From positions 1 to 37,726 of the forward strand of contig JAFLCQ010000005.1 in the NCBI GenBank assembly GCA_017302815.1: 37,726 bases of DNA, written 5' to 3'. The notes below the pieces were generated by a model that saw only the letters and a list, made by a program, of their open reading frames with translations, did not search any database and was not told where the DNA came from. Shown here one piece after another: positions 1 to 7,986 of the stretch. Both the position numbers and the translations under genes were made by a program. The stretch's first letter is position 1, and every line of letters begins with the position of its first letter. This DNA comes from Planctomycetota bacterium. Its GTDB lineage: Bacteria > Planctomycetota > UBA11346.

Positions 1-409
1 GGTGCCCACGGCGCGCAGCGCCACCGCTAGCTGCGCCGTGCTGGCGCCGCCGGCGGTGTTGCGCGCGATCCGCCGCCAGGCGGTGGCGAAGGGGGATGTC
101 CTGGCGGTGGCGCGCATCGCCGGCATCCAGGGCGCGAAGCGCTGCGCCGATCTGGTGCCGCTGTGCCATCCCCTGGCCCTGGACGGCGTCGATGTCGAGC
201 TGCGCCTCGGCCGCGACCGCGTGCGCATCCGCGCCACCGTCCGCTGCACCGGCCGCACCGGCGTCGAGATGGAGGCGCTGGCCGCCTGCTCGGCCGCCGC
301 CCTGACCGTCTACGACATGTGCAAGGCCCTGGACAAGGGCCTGGTGGTCACCGACCTGCGCCTGGAGGCGAAGTCCGGCGGCCGCAGCGGCGACTGGCGC
401 CGGACCTGA
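1..409 (+). CDS. moaC: Cyclic pyranopterin monophosphate synthase MoaC, C-terminal ~135 aa (5-prime end lies outside the window)
   Basis: Translation ...[36 protein letters not shown]...[24 protein letters not shown] matches the conserved MoaC core. Stop is TGA at 407-409. Confidence 0.9.
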   Translation, partial: VPTARSATASCAVLAPPAVLRAIRRQAVAKGDVLAVARIAGIQGAKRCADLVPLCHPLALDGVDVELRLGRDRVRIRATVRCTGRTGVEMEALAACSAAALTVYDMCKALDKGLVVTDLRLEAKSGGRSGDWRRT

Positions 410-418
410 ACAAACAAA

Positions 419-437
419 CCCCTGGCATGGCCAGGGG
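419..437. terminator. Bidirectional stem-loop terminator between moaC and the tRNA fragment
   Basis: Perfect 8-bp GC-rich stem CCCCTGGC / GCCAGGGG with a 3-nt loop. It is followed by TTGTGT on the plus strand and by TTTGTTTGTT on the minus strand. Confidence 0.55.
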
Positions 438-442
438 TTGTG

Positions 443-497
443 TGGTGCGCGGGGGGGGACTCGAACCCCCACGAATTTTACTTCGCTAGCACCTCAA
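443..497 (-). tRNA. Truncated 3-prime portion of a type-II tRNA, Leu(GAG)-like. The 5-prime half is missing. Putative att-core remnant.
   Basis: Minus strand reads TTGAGGT (anticodon-loop-like, GAG) GCTAG CGAA-GTAAAA-TTCG (variable arm) T GGGGG-TTCGAGT-CCCCC (T arm) CCCGCGC-A-CCA. No complementary 5-prime acceptor strand (GCGCGGG) or anticodon-stem partner (CTAGC) lies upstream. Confidence 0.6.
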
Positions 498-568
498 AAC
501 CGCCTCGGTTGAATTCGTAAACTATTGCCAATAATAAATCTACATTGATTCCTTCAAGGGTGCCAAGG

Positions 569-614
569 TGGACGATCGTGGACACACTTGGACAACGATG
601 GACAAGCTTGGACA
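569..614 (+). repeat. Five direct TGGAC(A) repeats at exact 10-bp phasing
   Basis: TGGAC starts at 569, 579, 589, 599 and 609 (TGGACGATCG TGGACACACT TGGACAACGA TGGACAAGCT TGGACA). The array sits just right of the AT-rich stretch and the tRNA fragment. Confidence 0.9.
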
Positions 615-665
615 CCCCTGCGGTTGGTCACGCGACCTCGATCCGGTCTCGCTCACGGGCCACAG

Positions 666-947
666 GTGACCGCCAGCGGCGGCCAGGGAACGACCCGCAC
701 CCGCCACGCCCTCGGCGCAACGCCCGGCCTGGTGCGGGTCACCTACGACATGTACGGCATCCCCAACCGCCTCGACTGCTGCTATAAGGGCGTGCTGGTG
801 GCCTCGACCGGCGGGCTGGTGTCGGGGACCGGGACGCTGCAGTGGGCATATGCTCCGGCACCGGGAGATCCGGCCGTGTGCCTGATCGTCATGAGCGCGC
901 CGAACAGCGGCACGGCGTGGGTCTACACGATCAACTGCCCAATCTGA
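666..947 (+). CDS. Orphan Cys-containing ORF (~93 aa from an in-frame GTG), possibly a gene fragment
   Basis: High GC3 coding-like codon usage in ...VRVTYDMYGIPNRLDCCYKGVLVASTGGLVSGTGTLQWAYAPAPGDPAVCLIVMSAPNSGTAWVYTINCPI. No family recognised and the start is uncertain. The annotated ATG at 588 lies inside the repeat array. Confidence 0.3.
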   Translation: MTASGGQGTTRTRHALGATPGLVRVTYDMYGIPNRLDCCYKGVLVASTGGLVSGTGTLQWAYAPAPGDPAVCLIVMSAPNSGTAWVYTINCPI

Positions 948-1021
948 CTTTGAGTAGCCATTTCGTGGCGACCGGAAACACCTTGGGCATTGGGCTGTCT
1001 GGGAACCCACCACAGATGTCA

Positions 1022-2038
1022 CTAATAACTGGTCTTGTCTATCTTCGCCTTGCCGCGAAATATCCAGTAAATGCCGGCCGTGTAGGCCAGCACTAGCGGC
1101 ACACCGATGAGAGCGATGATCAGCATGATCCAGAGGGTCTTCTGCGAGGACGCGGCGTTCACGATGGTCAGGGAATGGGCCGGATCATTGGTGGCGAGCA
1201 GCAGGTTCGGATAGAGGCCGACCCCGATCAGCGTCACCAGCAACCCGATGGCGGCGCTGCTGGACAGGAAGGCGCGGAACTCGCGGCCGTGAAATATCTC
1301 GCGCGGCACGTTGGCCACCGACAGCATGGTCAGGATCGGCACCAGGAACCAGACCGGTTCTGCGCGCATGCGCTCCGCCAGATGCGGGTGCCAGAGCAGG
1401 GTCGCCATGGTGGTCAACCCATAGCAGATGACGAACCAGATGATCAGCGGCCTCACCCAGGTGCGGATCCGCGCCTGCAGGTCGCCCTCGGTCTTCAGTA
1501 CCAGGTAGATCGCCCCATGCATGGCAAAGAGCACGACCGTGGTGGCGCCGACCAGCAGGGCGTAGGGGTTCAGCATGCCGGTGAGGCCGGCAGTGATGTT
1601 GTGCTCCGCGTCCATCGGCACTCCGGCGGCGACATTGCCGAACGCCACACCCATAAGCAGGGCGGCACCGAAGGATCCGGCCGCGAAGGCGAGGTCCCAG
1701 CCCTGCCGCCATTGTGGGGAGGGCCGCTTGCTGCGGAACTCGATGGCCACCGCCCGGAAGATCAGCGTCACCAGCAGCAGCATCAGCGCGGTGTAGAAGC
1801 CGCTGAAGGCGCTGGCGTAGACCTCGGGGAACGCGGCGAAGAGGGCACCACCGCCGGTGACCAGCCAGACCTCGTTGCCATCCCAGACCGGGCCGATGCT
1901 GTTCAGCGCCAGGCGCCGCTCGTTGTCGCCCTTGATGAAGAGATGGAGAATGCCTACCCCGAGATCGAAGCCGTCGAGGATGGCATAGCCGGCCAGGAGG
2001 ACGGCTACGAGGATGAACCAGATGGTGTTGAGGTCCAT
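1022..2038 (-). CDS. cydB: Cytochrome bd-type quinol oxidase subunit II
   Basis: MDLNTIWFILVAVLLAGYAILDGFDLGVGILH... is a typical CydB N-terminus. 338 aa, polytopic, immediately downstream of cydA. Confidence 0.95.
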   Translation of the reverse strand: MDLNTIWFILVAVLLAGYAILDGFDLGVGILHLFIKGDNERRLALNSIGPVWDGNEVWLVTGGGALFAAFPEVYASAFSGFYTALMLLLVTLIFRAVAIEFRSKRPSPQWRQGWDLAFAAGSFGAALLMGVAFGNVAAGVPMDAEHNITAGLTGMLNPYALLVGATTVVLFAMHGAIYLVLKTEGDLQARIRTWVRPLIIWFVICYGLTTMATLLWHPHLAERMRAEPVWFLVPILTMLSVANVPREIFHGREFRAFLSSSAAIGLLVTLIGVGLYPNLLLATNDPAHSLTIVNAASSQKTLWIMLIIALIGVPLVLAYTAGIYWIFRGKAKIDKTSY

Positions 2039-2041
2039 TGT

Positions 2042-3445
2042 TCAGCCCTCCCCATCGGCGCGATGGCCGCTGAGGGCATCGGTGAGCTTCTGCGGCAGTT
2101 TCAGCAGCGGCCCCTGGGCATCCTCGGGATCGGGGCCATGCTGGATCTTGTCATTGAGCAGGTAGATGAACGCCGCGAACAGGCCGGTGTAGACCACGGT
2201 GAACAGGCACAGGCTGAAGATGATCTGCCCGCTGCTGACATTGGGCGATATCGCGTCCTTGGTGCGCATGAGTCCTTGCACGATCCACGGTTGCCGGCCG
2301 ACCTCGGCTGCCATCCAGCCCAGTTGGTTCGCAAGCTGCGGTCCGAGCACAGCGAACACCAGCAACCACAGCATCCATCGTTGCCGTTCGAGGCGACCAC
2401 TCCACCACAGGATGCAGGCCAGCAGCGCTACGGCGATCAACGCCATCCCGATGCCGATCATGGCGTGATAGGCTTGGAATGTCAGCTGCACGGGGGGATG
2501 CTGGTCGGATGGGATGGCATCCAGCCCCGTGACCGGGACGGTAAAATTCTGGTGTAGCAGGAAGGACGTGCCACCTGGGATGGTGAGGCCATGGACGGCC
2601 TTGGCCTTTTCGTCCACCCAGCCGACGATGGTGAGATCGGCCGGTGCGCTGGCTGCATAATGCCCCTCCATGGCGGCGAACTTGGCGGGCTGGTTCTTCG
2701 CCACGCCATCAGCCGAGATATGGCCGGTGAGCAGTTGCAGCAACGAGGCCACCAGCGCGAAGACCAGTCCGATGCCGAGCGAAACGCGGGCGAAGCCCTC
2801 GTGCCTGCGTTTGAGCAGATACCAGGCGCTGATCGAGATGACCAGGAAGGCACCAGCCAACCATGCACCGATCAGCACATGCGCCAGACGCTCCATGCTG
2901 CTGGGGTTGAACACCAGAGCCCAGAAGTCGGTAATCTCGGCGCGCAGTCCGTTCGGCCCCTGCACGATGTGATGGCCGGCCGGCGTCTGCATCCAGGAGT
3001 TGGCGATGACGATCCAGACGGCACTGAAGTGCGCGCCCAGGCAGACCATGATGGTGGCGAAGTAATGCAGCTTCGGCCCGACCTTGTCCCAACCGAAGAG
3101 CAGCAGGGCGAGGAACCCGGACTCCAGGAAGAAGGCGAAGATGCCCTCGGCGGCGAGGGCCGAACCGAACACATCGCCGACGAAGCGGGAATACTTCGCC
3201 CAGTTGGTGCCGAACTCGAACTCCATGACCAGGCCGGTGGCGACGCCGATGGCGAAGGTCAGGGCGAAGACCTTGGTCCAGAAGCGCGCCACCTGCCGCC
3301 ACTGCGGATCACGCGTCTTCAGGTAGAGTCCCTCGACGATGACCAGGAACACGCCCAGGCCGATCGACAGGGGCGGATAGATGTAGTGGAAGCCGATGGT
3401 GACGGCGAACTGGATACGCGCGAGCAGCGGGGTCAGGTCATCCAT
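2042..3445 (-). CDS. cydA: Cytochrome bd-type quinol oxidase subunit I (short Q-loop, CioA-like length)
   Basis: [24 protein letters not shown]..., [12 protein letters not shown] motif, 467 aa. Confidence 0.95.
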   Translation of the reverse strand: MDDLTPLLARIQFAVTIGFHYIYPPLSIGLGVFLVIVEGLYLKTRDPQWRQVARFWTKVFALTFAIGVATGLVMEFEFGTNWAKYSRFVGDVFGSALAAEGIFAFFLESGFLALLLFGWDKVGPKLHYFATIMVCLGAHFSAVWIVIANSWMQTPAGHHIVQGPNGLRAEITDFWALVFNPSSMERLAHVLIGAWLAGAFLVISISAWYLLKRRHEGFARVSLGIGLVFALVASLLQLLTGHISADGVAKNQPAKFAAMEGHYAASAPADLTIVGWVDEKAKAVHGLTIPGGTSFLLHQNFTVPVTGLDAIPSDQHPPVQLTFQAYHAMIGIGMALIAVALLACILWWSGRLERQRWMLWLLVFAVLGPQLANQLGWMAAEVGRQPWIVQGLMRTKDAISPNVSSGQIIFSLCLFTVVYTGLFAAFIYLLNDKIQHGPDPEDAQGPLLKLPQKLTDALSGHRADGEG

Positions 3446-3544
3446 GCGGGACTCCAGGAGGGGTCAACATTCGGCGACAATCGCAGCGGGGTGGCAGGAG
3501 CCAGTCCGTTCGCCGTAGCCTTCCATGTGAAAACGGCGGGCGCA

Positions 3545-4117
3545 TCACCACCAATGCCTGGGGTAGCGACGATGCTCCACCGCATTGTTGTAGACCGCTG
3601 CAGCAAGCACCAGGAGGACCGACCCAGCCAGCACGGGAGCAACCAGGAAGGCCCAGCCCGCATGCGCCTGGATGCAGACGATGGCAGTCGCTCCGGCCGG
3701 CGGATGGACACTCTGCGTGGCCTTCATCGCCGCGACCGTGGTGGCAACCGCCAGCGCCATGGCCAGCCATGTATCACCCAGCGCCATGCCCGTCAGCATG
3801 CCAATAACGCCTCCCAGCATGTGCCCACCGATGACGTTGCGCGGCTGGGTGAGGACGCTGTCGGGATGGGCGTACAGGAGCACGATCGATGCCCCGAAGG
3901 GCGCCATCACCAGGGGAGCGTGGGTGGATTGAGCCAGCCAGCCAAGTGTTCCCAGGGAAACCAGGGCACCGATCCACGAGATGAGGATGATGTGCCAGGG
4001 TGGGCGTTCAGGTGGTCGCGTGCCATCACCGGAAAATTTTCCCGTGTAGCGGCCAAGCGGACGACGCACCACAGCCAGCCGGTAACGCATCACGCGCCAG
4101 GGTCGGGTGCGGGTCAT
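3545..4117 (-). CDS. HPP-family membrane protein (putative nitrite transporter family)
   Basis: Contains SVHPPAGATA (the HPP motif) and 4-5 hydrophobic helices. The ATG overlaps the clc stop (ATGA at 4114-4117). Confidence 0.85.
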   Translation of the reverse strand: MTRTRPWRVMRYRLAVVRRPLGRYTGKFSGDGTRPPERPPWHIILISWIGALVSLGTLGWLAQSTHAPLVMAPFGASIVLLYAHPDSVLTQPRNVIGGHMLGGVIGMLTGMALGDTWLAMALAVATTVAAMKATQSVHPPAGATAIVCIQAHAGWAFLVAPVLAGSVLLVLAAAVYNNAVEHRRYPRHWW

Positions 4118-5496
4118 CGGTCGCCACGCCGTCGCCAGAAGCGAGGAAGTCGGAAGGCGGCGCGTTCCACGCGCTCCCGGTCACGTGGCAGCGGATCGCC
4201 CTGATGGCCAGGTACACGCACACCTCGGCGCGCGATCTTCTCCACCATGATCGAGGCGCCGATCATCCGTGACGCGACCAACCACGAGATGGCACTGGCC
4301 AGGAGCGCCGCTCCGGCAACTTCAGCCTGCCCAGTCGCTTCGGCCACGAAGACGGCGGAGGCGAGCACCGCGTGCGAGGCGCCGGCGAACACCGCTGCCA
4401 TGCCGACCAGGACGGCTACCGGCAGCGGCAGGTGCAGCCCGGTTGCGCTCCATGCGCCGATGCAGCCGCCGATGGTGATCAGGGGCGCCAGGGTCCCTCC
4501 GGACGTTCCGCTGCCCAAAGCGATCGACCAAGCGCAGGTTTTCCAGAGCAGCAGCCCCAGGACGCCGAGCCCAAGCAGGTGCCCCTCGGCCAGATCCGTC
4601 AGGTTGCCATACCCGATGCCGATGGCCCGGGGTTCGATCAGACCGGTGACGCCCACAGCGATGCCACCCAAGGCTGGCCACCACATCCAGTGCACACGGG
4701 TGCGCCCGAAGGCGTCCTCGATGCCATACACCAACCGTGTGACCGCCGCAGCAGCGATGCCAGCCAACACGCCAAGGACCGCCACGCCCATGAGCTGAGA
4801 CGCGCTCGTACCCGCCGGTCCGGTGATCGGGAATGCCACGGCCCCGCCCGTGATGAGGGTTCGCAGGCCGGTAGCCACAGCCGCGGCAACGACGACAGGG
4901 ATGAATGAACTGGCGCGGAATTCAAACAGCAGCAATTCAACGGCCAACAGAACAGCGGCGATGGGCGTGCCGAAGATGGCTGCCATGCCGGCGGCTGCTC
5001 CTGCGGCAAGGAGCGTCCGACGTTCCCGGGTGCTGACGCGGAGGATCTGGCCCAGGAGCGAACCCAGCGCTCCGCCGGTAGCGATGATGGGGCCCTCCGC
5101 GCCGAATGGCCCACCGGTCCCGATGGCAATCGCGGCGGAGAGCGGCTTGAGCACGACCATGCGTGGAGGGATGCAGCCGCGCTTCGTCAGGGACAGTTCC
5201 ATCGCCTCGGGAATGCCATGCCCTCGGATACCCGGAGCACCGCATCTGGCCATCAGGCCGACGATGAGCCCGCCGGCTACCGGGATGACGAGGGTCCACC
5301 AACCCATCCGGTGCGGATTCGGCTCGGCAGTCACCAGCGACCAGCTCCCATTCCAGCTGAGGTTCGTAATCACGGCGATCAGACGGAGGAGTATCTCGGC
5401 CGCGAGCGCGGCCAGGATCGCGATCCCGGCTGACAAGACGCATATGCCGCCCAGACGGCGCGAGGATCGGGTGGGATGCGGGCGGATCCCGCACAT
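4114..5496 (-). CDS. ClC-family anion channel or anion/H+ exchanger
   Basis: ClC signature motifs GHGIPE, GAEGP (gating Glu retained) and IFGTP. Start set at the internal ATG (MCGIRPHP...) because the longer ORF to 5826 overlaps marR. Confidence 0.85.
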   Translation of the reverse strand: MCGIRPHPTRSSRRLGGICVLSAGIAILAALAAEILLRLIAVITNLSWNGSWSLVTAEPNPHRMGWWTLVIPVAGGLIVGLMARCGAPGIRGHGIPEAMELSLTKRGCIPPRMVVLKPLSAAIAIGTGGPFGAEGPIIATGGALGSLLGQILRVSTRERRTLLAAGAAAGMAAIFGTPIAAVLLAVELLLFEFRASSFIPVVVAAAVATGLRTLITGGAVAFPITGPAGTSASQLMGVAVLGVLAGIAAAAVTRLVYGIEDAFGRTRVHWMWWPALGGIAVGVTGLIEPRAIGIGYGNLTDLAEGHLLGLGVLGLLLWKTCAWSIALGSGTSGGTLAPLITIGGCIGAWSATGLHLPLPVAVLVGMAAVFAGASHAVLASAVFVAEATGQAEVAGAALLASAISWLVASRMIGASIMVEKIARRGVRVPGHQGDPLPRDRERVERAAFRLPRFWRRRGDR

Positions 5497-5557
5497 CACC
5501 AGCACGGGCGTCAATGATGGCGCCAGAGGAAGTGCCAGCGTCTGGCGCTGCTCGGCC

Positions 5558-6052
5558 TCAGCCACGCAGCTTCGACTCGAAGAACATCTCCGGTTCGGCC
5601 ACGTCGATGCCCATGGCCGTGATCCAGTGACCAAGATCCGTTGCAAGCCGCTGACGCACGCCGAGCGGTAACCGATCGAGACTCTGGAGGAACCGCTCCT
5701 GGATCGGGTCCGCACTGCGCTTCGCCAGCGCCCTGCCGGAAGCTGTCGGATCCAAGGCGACGCTGCGTCCATCACCGACCGCCGGACGTCGAACCACCAG
5801 GCCGGCCGCCACGAGCTTGCGCACAACCACAGATACTGAGCTTTGATGGGTCAACGTCCGACGCGCCAGCGCGTTGACGCTGAGTCCTGGCTCTCGCACC
5901 AGGGTTCGCAGCACGAACACCTGCGCCGCGCTCAAGCCCGTTGCCTGTTCGGTCGCTGCTGACGACGTGCGGATTTCTCGAAACAAGACCCGGATACAGT
6001 CCAGGATCAGTTGATCTGCCGCACGGGATTCAGCTGGCGCGGTCCTGGGCAT
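5558..6052 (-). CDS. MarR-family transcriptional regulator
   Basis: wHTH region LSAAQVFVLRTLVREPGLSVNALARRTLTHQSSVSVVVRKLVAAGLVVRR...DGRSVAL is typical of MarR. Confidence 0.85.
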   Translation of the reverse strand: MPRTAPAESRAADQLILDCIRVLFREIRTSSAATEQATGLSAAQVFVLRTLVREPGLSVNALARRTLTHQSSVSVVVRKLVAAGLVVRRPAVGDGRSVALDPTASGRALAKRSADPIQERFLQSLDRLPLGVRQRLATDLGHWITAMGIDVAEPEMFFESKLRG

Positions 6053-6072
6053 GGGCGGCAGACGCTATCTAT

Positions 6073-6084
6073 ATGGGATCCCAT
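6073..6084. promoter_or_regulatory. 12-bp perfect palindrome ATGGGATCCCAT upstream of marR (candidate operator)
   Basis: Perfect dyad 21-32 bp upstream of the marR ATG. Function is only inferred. Confidence 0.3.
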
Positions 6085-6118
6085 GCAATTCGATTCTCGG
6101 TTCACCTCAACGGCAGGA

Positions 6119-6467
6119 TCATCGCGAAAGACCGTCTGCCTGGAGTCGGCGCAGGCGTTCTGTGGTCAGGAGCGGTGTCGCCGACGGCGTCAAACCCATC
6201 GACAGGCCAAGTCCGGCCCCATGGACGATGATCTCGTCCAGGTCCGGGCGCTTGAGTGGATCTCCACCGGTGGTCACGAACAAGATGGGACCGAAGTCGG
6301 CTCGCACCTGATCCGGCAATCCGCAGGACTCCGCGGTCGACAATTCACCAGCATCGCGGCCAGGCACCGCCTCGGCGCGGCTTGCACGCCAGGTAGCAAG
6401 CGCGGGTGGCTTCTCAGATGACGATCCTCGGAGCCTGGCTGAAATCGGGTGGTCGTCTGGATTCCAT
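6119..6467 (-). pseudogene. Relic of a radical-SAM/SPASM gene, paralogous to 32678-33751. It has an in-frame TGA, a frameshift and a 3-prime truncation.
   Basis: Minus strand reads MESRRPPDFSQAPRIVI*EATRACYLAC... (versus MRPDFSVSPMIVIWEATRACDLACRHC in the intact copy). It then shifts frame into ...ILFVTTGGDPLKRPDL...GLTPSATPLLTTERLRRLQADGLSR* and stops where the intact paralog continues LAISIDG. Confidence 0.7.
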
Positions 6468-6470
6468 GAT

Positions 6471-7187
6471 TCAAGCCCCAGGCTGCAGTCGTGGGAACAA
6501 CAGATTGTTCTCCAGATGCATGTGCTCCATCAGATCGGCCTCGAAACCCTCAAGACGCAGGTGCAGGGCGTTAATCGGTCGGTCTGGATCGTTGGGTAAT
6601 GGGTAGGCGAAGCGACGCAGGGTGCGGTAGTCCTCACACCAATCACGGAAGGCGACCAGTCGATGGTCATGGCCCTCGTGCTCATCGCGCAAACGCCTGA
6701 TCAGTGCAGCCAATCCAGCGGTCTCGCCAGCAGCGATGGGTGGGAACAGATCGCGCTCCTCCATCTCCAGGTGGTGGTAGGTCTCGGCCATGAAGGTGGG
6801 GAATGCCGCCGCCAGTTCGCGGAGCACCGGGCGCCTCTCGCCTTGGGTCACGGCCAACTCCGTGATCATCGCCGAGAGTTCGGGGAGATCACGGCGATGG
6901 GCCTCGTGGAAGGTCAGGATATGGGCAACCAGTTCCGGGGTCGATTTGGCGGCCCAATTGGGGCCCGTCGGAGCCGATGCCGCTTCGTCAGCGATCTCTT
7001 CGAGAAAGGCGATCGGGTCAGCACCGACCTCCGCACAGTGGTTGCCGAGGCTCATCAACCCCTTGCAGCACCAGTCCATGCGATTGCGGGTGAACACCCG
7101 CGCCGCACCAGGGATGGCCGAGGCGATAATGAAGGCCGGAGTGTCTCGGGTGATCACCAGGTTGTTGATGGTAGCGAGCGTGGTCAT
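6471..7187 (-). CDS. RIC/YtfE/ScdA (NorA/DnrN)-type di-iron protein, copy 1
   Basis: ScdA_N-like N-terminus with the DWCCKG Cys pair, then a hemerythrin-like domain (HEAHRRDLPEL, HLEMEERDLFP, DEHEGHDH, MEHMHLENNLLFPR). Start set at MTTLATINN to match copy 2. Confidence 0.85.
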   Translation of the reverse strand: MTTLATINNLVITRDTPAFIIASAIPGAARVFTRNRMDWCCKGLMSLGNHCAEVGADPIAFLEEIADEAASAPTGPNWAAKSTPELVAHILTFHEAHRRDLPELSAMITELAVTQGERRPVLRELAAAFPTFMAETYHHLEMEERDLFPPIAAGETAGLAALIRRLRDEHEGHDHRLVAFRDWCEDYRTLRRFAYPLPNDPDRPINALHLRLEGFEADLMEHMHLENNLLFPRLQPGA

Positions 7188-7243
7188 GGGTGTTCCGGGC
7201 CAGGGTGCTGGCGGCAGCATAGCCACCGCCAGCACCCCTACAC

Positions 7244-7257
7244 ATGATGCGGGTCAA
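7244..7257 (-). promoter_or_regulatory. FNR/DNR-type box (8/10 match) upstream of RIC copy 1
   Basis: Minus strand reads TTGACCCGCATCAT versus consensus TTGAT-N4-ATCAA. Centre is ~63 bp upstream of the ATG. A similar box sits at the same distance upstream of copy 2. Confidence 0.35.
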
Positions 7258-7272
7258 GCCTTCTTACTCGAC

Positions 7273-7986
7273 CTATCCACCCTCTGCTCCGGTGAGCGGC
7301 GGGGGTGCAGCCCTGAGTTTGTGCTCAGAGGTGGAGATCCGACCACAGCTCCACCGCACGACGCGGACGGCCGCCAGACCAGCATGTACGATATACCATG
7401 CCAAGCCGGGAGCGCGGGCGTCCGCCAATTCGATGGCCCAAGCCTCTACATCGGGATACCCGAGGCGATTCGCCACAGCACCAGCCCGGCACGCCCAGTA
7501 CCGGTCCCATGCCCAAACCCCGACCGATACCACCGTCGCCACGGTCAGCGCAAGTCCAAGCACCACGACATCAGCGCTGGACCTTCCGGTCACCACGGCT
7601 GCAACCAGGAGGGAGATCCCCGCCACCTGGCAAGTGAGCCCCAGCAACCGCGCGGTGTCCATCACGCTCACCAGCGACGGAAGTCGCCGAGTTGCATCGA
7701 CCAGAGCGCAGGAGACGGCCAACTGGACGGCCCGCAGTGCATCGGTGCCAGTCGTCCGCGTGAGCACCAGGAACTGCCCAGCAAAAGCCAGGCGATCCGT
7801 GCTGCCGCCATACACTACGGTCACCGGCGGCGAAGCCCCGTGTTCCCGCAGCAGGTTCTCGCAGAACCGCAGTGGGTTGTCATCCGGCGGCGGCAGATGC
7901 GCCAAACGGGCAAGCAGAGTCAACAGACGCCACGTCGGCCACGCCACCAGGACGAGGGCCAATATGATCAATGCGATGTTAGTCAT
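7273..7986 (-). CDS. Hypothetical membrane protein (238 aa), third gene of the coupled cassette
   Basis: N-terminal TM (IALIILALVLVAWPTW) plus 2-3 central TMs. ATGA overlap with the upstream gene and a GGAGGAAG SD. No family recognised. The segment VTVVYGGSTDRLAFAGQFLVL...AVQLAVSCAL faintly resembles an M48-type peptidase core without HExxH. Confidence 0.6.
   Translation of the reverse strand: MTNIALIILALVLVAWPTWRLLTLLARLAHLPPPDDNPLRFCENLLREHGASPPVTVVYGGSTDRLAFAGQFLVLTRTTGTDALRAVQLAVSCALVDATRRLPSLVSVMDTARLLGLTCQVAGISLLVAAVVTGRSSADVVVLGLALTVATVVSVGVWAWDRYWACRAGAVANRLGYPDVEAWAIELADARAPGLAWYIVHAGLAAVRVVRWSCGRISTSEHKLRAAPPPLTGAEGG

Noticed and set aside
443-529. A full-length tRNA-Leu gene.
   Set aside because: Only the 3-prime ~55 nt fold. 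No 5-prime acceptor strand (GCGCGGG), D arm or 5-prime anticodon-stem strand (CTAGC) is present within the ~90 nt upstream. It is therefore reported as a truncated fragment.
540-1022. Minus-strand 160-aa ORF directly downstream of cydB, considered as a cydX-like or accessory gene.
   Set aside because: It has a GTG start, is not hydrophobic (CydX is a ~35-aa single TM) and has Arg/Pro-rich composition. It overlaps the better-supported plus-strand coding-like frame and the repeat array.
1175-4204. Long plus-strand ORFs (1175-2557, 460 aa; 2591-4204, 537 aa) opposite cydAB and the HPP gene. There are similar antisense ORFs at 15908-17893, 19163-20488, 20516-21853, 22016-23749, 32522-34114 and 34132-35172.
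   Set aside because: Their translations are low-complexity and rich in Arg, Gly, Asp and His, with no recognisable motifs. They lie antisense to genes with unambiguous family signatures. This is the typical stop-codon-poor antisense frame of high-GC DNA.
4114-5826. The 570-aa version of the ClC ORF.
   Set aside because: The first ~110 residues are Arg/Ser/Trp-rich and overlap the 3-prime part of marR in another frame. ClC similarity starts after the internal ATG at 5496.
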